This document shows positions 50,707 to 59,815 of a DNA stretch of 59,815 nt, in pieces. The notes under the pieces are model-generated. The model worked only from the letters and a program-made list of their open reading frames with translations, searched no databases and had not been told where the DNA came from. The translations under genes were made by a program, and so were the position numbers. The stretch's first letter is position 1. Every line of letters begins with the position of its first letter. The stretch lies in assembly GCA_965369655.1 (NCBI GenBank), contig CBDUQR010000014.1, positions 1 through 59,815 of the forward strand. The letters run 5' to 3'. Source of the DNA: an uncultured bacterium (lineage in GTDB: Bacteria; Zixibacteria; MSB-5A5; JAABVY01; JAHJOQ01).

Positions 50707-50734
50707 TTGACAATGCTATCAGCGTGACTATATT
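50707..50734 (+). promoter_or_regulatory. sigma70-type promoter upstream of the tRNA-like gene
   Basis: TTGACA-16 nt-TATATT. Confidence 0.5.
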
Positions 50735-50799
50735 AGAGGCATATATAGCAGAAGGCCGGGTGGCTGCTACTCATCCCGACCTTCTGCAAGAACTGTAAT

Positions 50800-50874
50800 G
50801 GGCGCGTAGCTCAATAGGATTGAGCGGGCCTTTGGCGAAGGACCAGGTTCCCAGTTCGAGTCTGGGCGCGCCCG
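50800..50874 (+). tRNA. Atypical tRNA or pseudo-tRNA (anticodon GGC/Ala with a 7-nt loop, or Arg-like with an 8-nt loop)
   Basis: Acceptor GGGCGCG/CGCGCCC, D arm GCTC/GAGC, T arm CCCAG-TTCGAGT-CTGGG; anticodon arm has one extra nt; no encoded CCA. Confidence 0.75.
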
Positions 50875-50943
50875 ATAAGCAAGCTTATCATAACAAAAAT
50901 AAGCATCTGTCGGAATTTGTCAAGGAGAAAGTGAGGATTACCA

Positions 50944-51369
50944 ATGAGTGGCGTAGAAGAACTCCTGAATTACAGAAGGCGGCTGGAGAAGCAACGCGCA
51001 CAACAAACGGCTGAAATTGACAAGAGAATTGCGAGAATCGATGAAGCGATAGAAACCGTGAGGGAGGCTGAAACACAATTGACTGTACTGTCTGATGTAC
51101 CCACTTCTGATGACTTAGATCTTCGCAAAGACATGACTCTTTGGGAAGCGATCCAAGTAGTTATGGAGGCGGAGCCAGAGAAGTGGTGGCGGGGTGCAGA
51201 AATGATGCGAAGACTCATCAGTTTGAAGTACAAGGAGGATGATAAGATTGCATCACAAGTATCCATTACATTTCGTCGATATTCACAAGATAAAGAAAGA
51301 CGTCCTGCCAGATTAGAAAGGAAACTGAAAGGGAAGACTCCGGTTTATCGATTGAAACTTGAAGGATGA
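50944..51369 (+). CDS. Hypothetical protein (N-terminal coiled coil, possible C-terminal winged helix)
   Basis: RBS GAGG; heptad-rich N-terminus; TLWEAIQVVM...G..VYRL. Confidence 0.6.
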   Translation: MSGVEELLNYRRRLEKQRAQQTAEIDKRIARIDEAIETVREAETQLTVLSDVPTSDDLDLRKDMTLWEAIQVVMEAEPEKWWRGAEMMRRLISLKYKEDDKIASQVSITFRRYSQDKERRPARLERKLKGKTPVYRLKLEG

Positions 51370-51476
51370 GTTTTTTCGGAGAACAGTATGATCGGTTTGT
51401 TGCCTAGCTCTGGTTTGGTGTCCTAAGATCGTCAAGTCGAGCTTGGCGTGACTTACAGGAGGTTTTCTTAGAAGAA

Positions 51477-51788
51477 ATGGGACTCGATAAGAAATTCAGG
51501 GATGTGATCCAAAGCGATGAATATCGCGAACAAGTTATACGAGCACTCAGTTTAGTTCAAAATTCTTGGAGAATGAAACGGCTTGTTGAAGATACACAGA
51601 CGCTCCTACGAAACAATGCTCAACTGGCAGCACAGAAGCTACCGAATCAAAACGTCTATGTCTACAAACCAGAGCTAGTAGGCATTGATGACAAGGTTGC
51701 CAGCATCAGCATATTGTTCATTGTCAATGCAGAGGACTCAGAAATAACTCTGTGCAGGTTTGATGTGGAGCCAGTGGCCGAAGAATAG
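51477..51788 (+). CDS. Hypothetical protein, possibly RelE/ParE-like fold
   Basis: 103-aa ORF with AGGAGG upstream; helix pair followed by a beta-rich C-terminus (VYVYK..ISILFIV..ITLCRF). Confidence 0.5.
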   Translation: MGLDKKFRDVIQSDEYREQVIRALSLVQNSWRMKRLVEDTQTLLRNNAQLAAQKLPNQNVYVYKPELVGIDDKVASISILFIVNAEDSEITLCRFDVEPVAEE

Positions 51789-52337
51789 TCATTCGGATGA
51801 TAGATTGTATTGCTTGGCGATTTCATCACCGATGCGGATATCGCGTTCAGTGATGTCCTCTTTCTTGGTGACTCTCCAGTAGACGCTTCCGTAAGGTATT
51901 GTCTCTCGATCTTCTACGAGTTGCCATCCGAGGTAATAATGGGACAAGTCACTAACTTCTTCAGCATACTTGTCCTTCAGTAGCTCAATAACCTGATCCA
52001 CTATAGCAATCTCTTCCCCCGAGAATAGTGACAAATCAGGCTCGCGAAGTGCGGTCGGTCTTTGCTGAGTGTGCGTAAACACCCGTTGCGGAGCCAGTGC
52101 CAATTCACCATGAGCGGTCATTTCGGCTAAGATCGGCTTCATCTGTCTTGGAGCTGGTCCCTTGGGAAGTTTGAAGTAATCGGCTCCCGTGATAGATTTG
52201 CCAAGTTTCGCAAAAGCGATGAAGTCAGAAAAGAACAGAATCTTGTTCGTTTTCGTAATACCATACTTCTGATGGTTCATGCACTTCTGCGCAATGTACA
52301 GGACTAACTCTCTGAATTTCTGTTGATCCATGCTCAT
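51789..52337 (-). CDS. Panacea/SocA-like (DUF4065) antitoxin domain protein
   Basis: KFRELVLYI..TK.NKILFFSDF..GKSITG..Y.KLPKGPAP..SDLSH..W; RBS AGGAGG. Confidence 0.85.
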   Translation of the reverse strand: MSMDQQKFRELVLYIAQKCMNHQKYGITKTNKILFFSDFIAFAKLGKSITGADYFKLPKGPAPRQMKPILAEMTAHGELALAPQRVFTHTQQRPTALREPDLSLFSGEEIAIVDQVIELLKDKYAEEVSDLSHYYLGWQLVEDRETIPYGSVYWRVTKKEDITERDIRIGDEIAKQYNLSSE

Positions 52338-52724
52338 GTAGTCCTCCTACTTGTGAGGCACAAAACACGACCAGATGGTCACAGTCAAGTAAAAATTCCA
52401 CCATGTTATTATAACACAATAATTCGGAAAAAGTATCACTTATGTTAGAAAAAAGTACATTTGAGTTCGCGGCCAGTAGCGGCGTAATTTCAAATTATGG
52501 CACTACCGCAGGCTGTTGCACGCAACACACTCGCATCAATATGCAACGACACCTGTTGCACGCCACGCAATACCACCAATCCCTTCTCTATCTTAATATA
52601 TTATTATACAATAGCTTAGCTATCATCTCTCGTCTGGCACACCGAATGCTCTTACCTGCTGCAAGCGATATGATTGTTAGAATCCCGGGATTCGGTGAGG
52701 AGATGGTGCAGGTGGTCTCTTGTG

Positions 52725-53240
52725 TCAGTCGTGGGTGTTTTCGGTTCCTGTCTCAAGTGCTGACCTGCCACCGGCGATTACCTTGAATCCCTCTGGTGAG
52801 AATCTTAATCCCGATGCGAGCGCCTGCCGGTACTTCGTCGAGTGCGAGGAATATCTCAGCGTTTTGACAGTTGGCTGGCTGGGTTCTTCAAGCTCTAAAA
52901 CGAGCGACCGGGCGCCGTATCCCGTGATTAGAAGCAACAGTGCCGCGGCAACTCGGAACGATAATTTGGCAACTGCCAAACTCTTCCGAGGTGGATGATC
53001 TCCGCCTGCCTTCTCGGCGAGCTGACGGTAGATTTCAGTCTCAAGCCTCAACTTCTCCATATCCGTCAGACCGTCTGCATCTGTAGGAGACAGCATCGTT
53101 GCTATCTCGGACAGTCTCCCGAATTCAGTTCTGCAGCTTGAGCAGACGTCCAGGTGTTTTGCGAGTTGCTCGCTTTCTGACTGTTCCAGGTCTCCCGACA
53201 CGAACAGGGGTAACATATCTTTGAATTGCTCGCAGCTCAT
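52725..53240 (-). CDS. Zinc-finger (zf-HC2) anti-sigma factor
   Basis: MSCEQ..HLDVCSSC, single TM helix; follows ECF sigma gene. Confidence 0.85.
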   Translation of the reverse strand: MSCEQFKDMLPLFVSGDLEQSESEQLAKHLDVCSSCRTEFGRLSEIATMLSPTDADGLTDMEKLRLETEIYRQLAEKAGGDHPPRKSLAVAKLSFRVAAALLLLITGYGARSLVLELEEPSQPTVKTLRYSSHSTKYRQALASGLRFSPEGFKVIAGGRSALETGTENTHD

Positions 53241-53251
53241 TGTGTCTCCTT

Positions 53252-53752
53252 TCATGATGCGCTGTAGAATCGCTTTCTCAGGTTCTGTAATCCCCGTGAA
53301 ATATGCACTTTGACCGTCCCGTCTGATATCTCCATGGCGACAGCGATTTCGGCGATGGTCAGTTCGCCGAAGAATCGCAGGGCAAGCGCACTTTTTTGTT
53401 TCGGCGCAAGTGAGTCGAGGGCATCGTTCAGGTGTGCTGAGGTCTCTGCCGATTCAACAAGCTGGTCCGGTTGCGCAGGGTTGGCGGGATGCAGTTCCTC
53501 TTTGAACAATTCCACCTTAGCTTGCCGCCGGGAAAGGTCCCTCTTGAAGTTCAGCGCCATATTATATGCTGACCTGAAGATATAGGGTTTGAGTTTGCTC
53601 ATGTCTCTTATGCGGTCAGGTTCTCGCAGGATTTTCACAAAAACATCCTGAGTCAGATCCATCGCATGCTCGCGGTCACGGACGATCCGGTTAATGAGGT
53701 GAAACACCTTGTCGGACAACTCCTGGACCGTTCTTGAAATTGTTTCTGTCAC
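53252..53752 (-). CDS. ECF-family RNA polymerase sigma factor
   Basis: AMDLTQDVFVK, region 4 EIAVAMEISDGTVKVHISRG. Confidence 0.9.
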   Translation of the reverse strand: MTETISRTVQELSDKVFHLINRIVRDREHAMDLTQDVFVKILREPDRIRDMSKLKPYIFRSAYNMALNFKRDLSRRQAKVELFKEELHPANPAQPDQLVESAETSAHLNDALDSLAPKQKSALALRFFGELTIAEIAVAMEISDGTVKVHISRGLQNLRKRFYSAS

Positions 53753-53795
53753 GTTTTGCCCGATTCACCTTGCGGCACCATCATCGATTTGCCTC

Positions 53796-54830
53796 TCAGT
53801 TCTCAACCACTGACAGGGCGTATAGAGGGATATGCTTGTCATACAGGTCTTCGCCCTTGAAATACCACTCTACAACGCCAGGTTTATGATGGTCAATCAG
53901 ACCATTCGCTCGGATGATCGTGCCGGGCAATTCCAAAGCTATGGCAAACTTGTGTGCGCCCAGCGTCTTAGTCACATCATAGTCTCTTATGTTCAGATCA
54001 AAGAGGTCATCGAATTCCTGCTGGACGTCTTTCTGGTCCGCCCCCACAGCTTCTGAAAAGTACTTCGCGAATTGATTGTGCACCTCATTACCGAGCCTGT
54101 CAAGAGCGACACCGATCGAATCATCGTCCTTGCCGGCTATACCGAGTAGTCTTACCGGAGTGATGACGCTTTCAAGATAATCTGCGGCCCAGGTTTCAAT
54201 ATCCTCTTTTGTAGACACAGGAACTCTCCCTCGCCGATACAACTCCGTGAGAGTTTCCCACAGAAACCGCCAGTGCTGGTAGCTGAAGGCTGCCGAGAAC
54301 TGATCGAGATACTCTTCACGATCTTTCTCTGACACTTCGAATATTCCCTTCTCGATAACTCGGTCTTCTAATTCCTGATTCCACAAGCCATTTGGAATCA
54401 GGAAGCAGGTAACATCGTAACGACTGTAGCTACGCGCCAGATATGTTCTCTCGAACTCGTAATACGTGCGTCCGCCCTCAGTCCAGCGTCTGAGCTCAGT
54501 AGGAAACTGCAGATTGATCTCCTTGTCGGCTGCGTCCGGCTTCGCATACGTTCCGGGCAGCGGCGTGCCATACGGTACGACCAGTTCCGCCACAAGCTCC
54601 ATCCTGATCGCGTCGACATCGCTGGAATCGATATCTCTGCTTATAATAGTCCATTCCGGTTCGGATGGCACGGCCAAAGAAAGAATGTCGGCGGCGTTTC
54701 CATCGAATCTGGCTATGATTGTTGCCGTACCATCCTCGCTCACTACTATCTCTTCCGTCCGCTCGAGACAGGAAACACAAGTGAAGGCCAACGAGAATGC
54801 TATCGCAATAGAAATCCCTCGTCTGTTCAT
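53796..54830 (-). CDS. Putative lipoprotein
   Basis: MNRR + hydrophobic stretch + VSC lipobox; start ATG 54830 behind GGAG. Confidence 0.7.
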   Translation of the reverse strand: MNRRGISIAIAFSLAFTCVSCLERTEEIVVSEDGTATIIARFDGNAADILSLAVPSEPEWTIISRDIDSSDVDAIRMELVAELVVPYGTPLPGTYAKPDAADKEINLQFPTELRRWTEGGRTYYEFERTYLARSYSRYDVTCFLIPNGLWNQELEDRVIEKGIFEVSEKDREEYLDQFSAAFSYQHWRFLWETLTELYRRGRVPVSTKEDIETWAADYLESVITPVRLLGIAGKDDDSIGVALDRLGNEVHNQFAKYFSEAVGADQKDVQQEFDDLFDLNIRDYDVTKTLGAHKFAIALELPGTIIRANGLIDHHKPGVVEWYFKGEDLYDKHIPLYALSVVEN

Positions 54831-55090
54831 TTTCAACTCCCTGGTTTTGCTTTCCATACATAATGACACCTGAGGTTGCTGAATAGTAGACAATGAACTG
54901 CAAGAAAGAGCGATTGTAGGCGGAGTTATTCCTCAGGATAATTTGCAAAACATAACATTTTCTCAAGAAAACCTTGCGCATTAGGTTGTAAAGCGTACAA
55001 TATATAAAATGTTTTCCCGGCAGGGTTGCTTGATGGATAGATTGAGTCGGCACAGATGCTGGAGATGAAAGTACACGGCATGGGAACAAG

Positions 55091-56998
55091 GTGATTGTGG
55101 CTTCAGATTTGAGAGCAACAGATGATACGCCGGTGGCTGGTGGATCAACGAGTACACCCCACTCAATTGGACCTCATAAGTTTCATATCCCGGTAATGGG
55201 AACCGGGTTCACCGTTGATACGCCGATCAGAGTTGCAAAGTATGGCATATCATCGGTGATATCAATTGTTGACGATGACCTCATCGAGCGATTGCGCAAG
55301 TTCTATTCAGATAATTCTGGTCGGTCCTATGAGCCAATAGAGAACACAGAAACGGATTCTCGAGCGCGACGAATTCGTTCCTATCTGAACCTGGTGAAGG
55401 AACTCGTCGAAGAACAGATAGAGACGGTACGATCTGCTCCATTTACACCCGAGAGTGAACTCATACGTTATTTTGAGATGTTGCCGGACAGTCCCCTGAG
55501 ATCTGCCAACGCGAAGATGCTTGCCGAGACCGATCCGGAGACCAGGTCAGAGCTTCAGGCAGATTTACGCCGACAGGTGGTTCCGGGGCGTATTGACGTA
55601 AATATCATGACCAAGGTTGATCGTGATCAATATATCAAGGACCAGAAGGGACCTCCGGAGAACGGTTTGGCAATGAGCGCGCTTCGAGGGTTCGCAACGA
55701 GTGAATTGCGGTCGGCCGTGGTGCTCTCAGCCGGCATCAACAGACGACTTTTCGCCTACATGGCACAGTTTGATGATTTCTTTCCAACGGATGATGGTCC
55801 GGCGAAAAAGACAATCACCCTGAAGGTGAGCGATTATCGCTCAGCACTGGTACAGGGTCGACTTCTGGCAAGGCATGGATTATGGATATCCGAATTCCGA
55901 ATCGAATCCGGTCTCAATTGTGGGGGGCATGCATTCGCCAGTACCGGCTACCTGATGGGTCCAATTCTCGAAGAGTTCAAGACTAACCGGATATCGCTGC
56001 AGGCACGGCTTTGGAATGTCTATCGCGACGCCCTGGAGAAGCTTGGTCGAAAACCCTGGGGAGAGCCATCGATTGTCATCACGGCTCAGGGAGGCATCGG
56101 AATAGCTGGCGAGCATGAGTTCCTTTTGAGTCATTTCGATCTTGTCAGTGTCGGATGGGGAACTCCGTTCCTTCTGGTACCGGAAGCCACGAATGTCGAT
56201 GCGGTGCACATGAAGAAACTCCTCGCGGCTGGTGAGGACGATGTTATCCTTAGCGACTCATCCCCGCTTGGCATCCCTTTCTGGAACCTGCAGACCTCGG
56301 CAAGTGAAGAAAACCGGAAACGGCAAATCAGTGACGGCATTCCCGGCAGTAGTTGCCCGAAGGGATACCTGGGTATGGACTTCGAATTCACTCAGACGCC
56401 GATCTGCAAATCATCCCGCAACTACCAGAAAAAGAAACTGAGTCAGCTCGAGCATTCCAGTTTGCCCTCCAATCAGAAAGAAGCAACCGTTGCTGATGTG
56501 CTGAACAAGACCTGCCTCTGCTCAGACCTTACCGGAGGAGTGTTAATTCGGCTCGGCATCGATCCTGACCTGCACACGGCGATTTGTTGTGGACCGAGCA
56601 TAATTGACTTTGACAGGGTCTTCACACTCAAAGAGATGACGGATCACATTTGCGGCCGTTCATCATTCATGCACAATCCGAATCGACCTCATATGTTCAT
56701 CAGGGAATTATCTCTGTATATCAACTTTTTTCAACGACAGGTGGACAAAAGAACATTGGGACTTGTTGATATCTCAGACAAGTATTTCACCGACTTCAAG
56801 AGTAGTCTGATCGATGGAATTAAATACTATCGCGGTATGGCGTCTCATCTCGACAGTGAAGAGAGGGCGCGATTCCTGACGGCTTTGGATGAGTATGAGG
56901 GTCAGGCATCACGGTTGAACCACACTCAGGGATCCTCCGAGCCGGAAATCAGGATCGTGCAACCTGAGCCGACTCACCCGCACGAAACGCGCCACTGA
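55091..56998 (+). CDS. Conserved hypothetical protein, probably an FMN-linked oxidoreductase-like TIM barrel
   Basis: HKFHIPVMGTGF.VDTP, ESGLNCGGHAF, TAQGGIG, GWGTPFL, CPKG, CLC. Confidence 0.7.
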   Translation: MIVASDLRATDDTPVAGGSTSTPHSIGPHKFHIPVMGTGFTVDTPIRVAKYGISSVISIVDDDLIERLRKFYSDNSGRSYEPIENTETDSRARRIRSYLNLVKELVEEQIETVRSAPFTPESELIRYFEMLPDSPLRSANAKMLAETDPETRSELQADLRRQVVPGRIDVNIMTKVDRDQYIKDQKGPPENGLAMSALRGFATSELRSAVVLSAGINRRLFAYMAQFDDFFPTDDGPAKKTITLKVSDYRSALVQGRLLARHGLWISEFRIESGLNCGGHAFASTGYLMGPILEEFKTNRISLQARLWNVYRDALEKLGRKPWGEPSIVITAQGGIGIAGEHEFLLSHFDLVSVGWGTPFLLVPEATNVDAVHMKKLLAAGEDDVILSDSSPLGIPFWNLQTSASEENRKRQISDGIPGSSCPKGYLGMDFEFTQTPICKSSRNYQKKKLSQLEHSSLPSNQKEATVADVLNKTCLCSDLTGGVLIRLGIDPDLHTAICCGPSIIDFDRVFTLKEMTDHICGRSSFMHNPNRPHMFIRELSLYINFFQRQVDKRTLGLVDISDKYFTDFKSSLIDGIKYYRGMASHLDSEERARFLTALDEYEGQASRLNHTQGSSEPEIRIVQPEPTHPHETRH

Positions 56999-57044
56999 GG
57001 CTGGTAATATCCCGTCACTCTGTCTTGCATTTGAGTCCCGCAGG

Positions 57045-58325
57045 TCAGGATTCCTGCGATCCTGACATCTTTGCTGCCGACTGACCGGCCAGCCATCCGG
57101 TTGAAAATGCAGCCTGCAAGTTGTAGCCGCCGGTATCGCCATTGATATCGAGCACTTCACCGGCAAAGTACAAACCCGGCACCAGCAGCGAAGACATTGT
57201 ACGCGGATTGACCTCATGCACGTGAATACCTCCGGCAGTAACAATTGCCTCTTTGAGAGGACGATGCCCGCTTATGTCAAACCGAAAGTCTTTCAGCCAC
57301 ATTCGCAGTCGCCGACGCTCTTTGGCGTTTATCTGATTGCTGGTCTTGTCTGGCGGAATACCGATCAGATCACAGCATACGGAAACAAGCTTGTTTGGCA
57401 GCAGACCATTAAGGAGAGAATGGAACTGTTTCTTTCCCTGAGCATCCAGATCGCGAAGGAGACGCGCATCCAATTTGTTTTCATCCAGTGCCGGCTTGAG
57501 GTCGATGGAAAGCGCAACCTTCTTTTTTAGCATCAGAGCGTCAACAATTGTCCCGCTCAGTGATAAGATGATCGGCCCCGACAATCCGAAATGTGTAAAG
57601 AGCATTTCACCGAAGGCTTCATGGCGTATCCTGCCATCAACGCGTACCTTAACCCTGACATTGCGAAGACTGAGTCCCTGCAAACGGGGAGCAACATTCC
57701 CAGCCGTCACCAGTGGCACCAGCGCCGGTCGGACAGGTATGATAGTGTGCCCAACCGATGCGGCCAATCGGTAACCATCACCGGTTGATCCGGTGGTTGG
57801 ATATGAGGCGCCGCCTGTCGCGATAATCACTGCGTTAGCGTGCAGTTCGCGATCACCGATCTGCACACCATGTATGCCATCATGACCGACCAGTAACTGC
57901 TTCACCGGCGATTTCATTTTCACAGACACCCCCTGCAACTTCACCCATCGCAGCAAAGCATCGGTCACTGCCTGAGCATCCTCATTTTCAGGAAAAACCC
58001 GTCCGCCCCGTTCTGTTACAATATCGACACCCATTTCTCTCAGAAAGCCCACCAGATCAGAGGAAAAAAAGCGGTTAAAGGCCTGGCGAAGAAACCGCCC
58101 GTTCTTTCCAAAATGAGCAATGAAATCAGGCAGAGAGGCGATGTTGGTCAGGTTGCATCGACCTTTGCCGGTGATTCGCAGTTTGCGTCCCGGAGAAGTT
58201 TCTTTCTCCAGAAGTACTGTATCGGCTCCCAGCCCTGCGGCCTGTCCCGCAGCCATCAGACCAGCCGGACCTCCACCAACCACGATGATCCGATATTTCG
58301 CCACTTTGTGTCCTGTCAGCTTCAT
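57045..58325 (-). CDS. NAD(P)/FAD-dependent oxidoreductase, HI0933/YhiN/BaiN family
   Basis: GGGPAGLMAA, KLRITGKGRCNLTN, ATGGASYP.TGSTGDG, GGYNLQAAFSTG. Confidence 0.95.
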   Translation of the reverse strand: MKLTGHKVAKYRIIVVGGGPAGLMAAGQAAGLGADTVLLEKETSPGRKLRITGKGRCNLTNIASLPDFIAHFGKNGRFLRQAFNRFFSSDLVGFLREMGVDIVTERGGRVFPENEDAQAVTDALLRWVKLQGVSVKMKSPVKQLLVGHDGIHGVQIGDRELHANAVIIATGGASYPTTGSTGDGYRLAASVGHTIIPVRPALVPLVTAGNVAPRLQGLSLRNVRVKVRVDGRIRHEAFGEMLFTHFGLSGPIILSLSGTIVDALMLKKKVALSIDLKPALDENKLDARLLRDLDAQGKKQFHSLLNGLLPNKLVSVCCDLIGIPPDKTSNQINAKERRRLRMWLKDFRFDISGHRPLKEAIVTAGGIHVHEVNPRTMSSLLVPGLYFAGEVLDINGDTGGYNLQAAFSTGWLAGQSAAKMSGSQES

Positions 58326-58824
58326 TTCCGATACTCTGGTGAGTATGAAAACATCTAATCACCCAAGACAATGCGAAGATGTACTATTCTGCTCTTGAGT
58401 AACAGGATATGAATATCCTGATTCCCAACACGAGAGTCAATGGGGAAGTGGGGCTGGCCAGCACCCCATGCTCATCCTGAGTCTCGTCAGCATAAAGTGG
58501 ACACGTAGAGCTTGAGATTAAGAGGTGGTTTTGTAGATTTGGCATGAGAGAGAGGAGATAGTCATGAATGCCAAAAATCAATTGCCATCAGACAAACTGT
58601 GTCATAACTTTCAGCATACAATGTCCACTTTGTCTGAAGACGTACAATAAAATTTGGAGGTGGGGGAATCGAAAAAGGCAATTTTTGCAACTTGCTGAGA
58701 CACTTCAGATTAGCGCGCAACCTCTTGTTTATCATGGAATTGCGGCTTTTGTTTGGTTTGATCTGGTTGTGTCTGTTTCAGGATGTTTTGCACTCGATTT
58801 GGCACAAATCTGGCACAAGCCTCA

Positions 58825-59211
58825 TCAGGTTATCCGCGTATGCTTGGGCAATTCTCCATGCCGCCCTCGATACAATCTATGCAACTCCTCTTCCACAGCA
58901 GACGGTCGCATTGTTTCAGCCCATCTGACCACCAGACTACCCACCTTCTCACTTCTTCGGATTGCCGAACCTGCAGTGTGCTTACCTTTGCCTTTGACCA
59001 AAGCCTGTCGAATTCGATAACGTAGGTTCGAAGCCTTGCCGATAGTTAATCGCTTGACGCCGTGGGCGTACTTCACCTCGTAGACTCCAGACTTCTTGTT
59101 GGGAATATGAATGCCCTGTCTCGTACGACCATCGACCTTAATCGACTCCCAGCGCACCCACGGGCTCCACCGTAGCATGATAGGTTCTATTTTGATCTGC
59201 TGAATTTCCAT
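58825..59211 (-). CDS. GIY-YIG nuclease-like protein
   Basis: IPNKKSGVYEV...LTIGKASNLRYRI...E..L...HGELP. Confidence 0.65.
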   Translation of the reverse strand: MEIQQIKIEPIMLRWSPWVRWESIKVDGRTRQGIHIPNKKSGVYEVKYAHGVKRLTIGKASNLRYRIRQALVKGKGKHTAGSAIRRSEKVGSLVVRWAETMRPSAVEEELHRLYRGRHGELPKHTRIT

Positions 59212-59299
59212 CGACTAGTCACCTCCCACCTCTTCAAGCCACTGCCTGTTCCAGGCAATCCTATATCGGCCTCTGTTCTCAATAGTAGATCCTGCGATG

Positions 59300-59497
59300 T
59301 CAGGACTCTTGATTCGCTTGATTCGATGAATTCGAATAGTGCAAACCAAGTCTGGCCCCAATCCAAACCCGGACAACCTCCGCTGTATCAAGAGAGTAAG
59401 GATCCATATAGACATGGATTGGGAATTCGCCTGCCAGTGCGGTTGCTCCAAAAAGTCCCACGATTGCTATTACTAACACAAATAAGAACCTAACCAT
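59300..59497 (-). CDS. Short secreted hypothetical protein (possibly truncated)
   Basis: Strong RBS GGAGGAGG; signal peptide ending ALA; only 65 aa. Confidence 0.4.
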   Translation of the reverse strand: MVRFLFVLVIAIVGLFGATALAGEFPIHVYMDPYSLDTAEVVRVWIGARLGLHYSNSSNQANQES

Positions 59498-59609
59498 GAC
59501 TTCCTCCTCCCAAATGCATTCCTCGTCCCGGTATTATCGATAAGACTTATTCTGTCTCTGTGTAACATAATTGGTTTCTAGATTGGAAACAACGGGCTGC
59601 AGGACAGAC

Positions 59610-59813
59610 TTATTTCAAAAGGAGCATTCTCTCAGATGTCAATTGATGTTCAGTTCTTAGAACATAGAAGTAGATCCCTGATGCGACATCGCGATGGAAG
59701 TCGTCTGTGCCATTCCACTTTGCTATGTATGTACCTCTCTCTTGGCGACCAGAATATAGTCTAGTGGTGTGACACATATATACCGCTATACTTTCTTCCA
59801 CTTGTATGGTCTT
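59610..59813 (-). CDS. C-terminal FlgD-Ig/T9SS-like sorting domain of a secreted protein (partial, runs off the window)
   Basis: WNGTD....VASGIYFYVL......MLLLK; frame open to the window edge. Confidence 0.75.
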   Translation of the reverse strand, partial: KTIQVEESIAVYMCHTTRLYSGRQERGTYIAKWNGTDDFHRDVASGIYFYVLRTEHQLTSERMLLLK

Positions 59814-59815
59814 GG

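Overview
Bacterial genomic window, probably from an anaerobe of the candidate phylum Zixibacteria or a relative. This is an inference from two secreted proteins ending in dockerin-like GDAN..GxxDIDDVVYLIxYIF repeats and a FlgD/T9SS-like C-terminal tail. 1-17 kb: two inverted paralogous FN3 + beta-propeller lipoprotein genes flanking an S8 peptidase, a moxR-DUF58-nfo-ychF run, TPR/membrane proteins, an FG-GAP/dockerin protein, and many small palindromic REP-like elements, some read in frame inside ORFs. 17.4-47.4 kb: a ~30 kb redox/sulfur-relay island with porin, DsrE, TusA, MvhD-like, HdrL/HdrA/HdrC/CCG genes; two copies of a histidine kinase + sigma54 response regulator + archaemetzincin module; a sigma54-driven HydABC/Hnd-like complex whose A subunit lacks an H-cluster domain and instead carries a Cys-motif + non-lipoylatable GcvH-like domain; two more such GcvH-like proteins; a DRTGG/kinase/sensory [FeFe]-hydrogenase-like/PHP cluster; and TusA-YeeE. 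47.5-59.8 kb: IS630/ISL3 remnants, a Zn alcohol dehydrogenase, a circularly permuted decaheme cytochrome pseudogene, an atypical tRNA, a Panacea antitoxin, an ECF sigma/anti-sigma pair and other genes. No CRISPR array or rRNA was seen.
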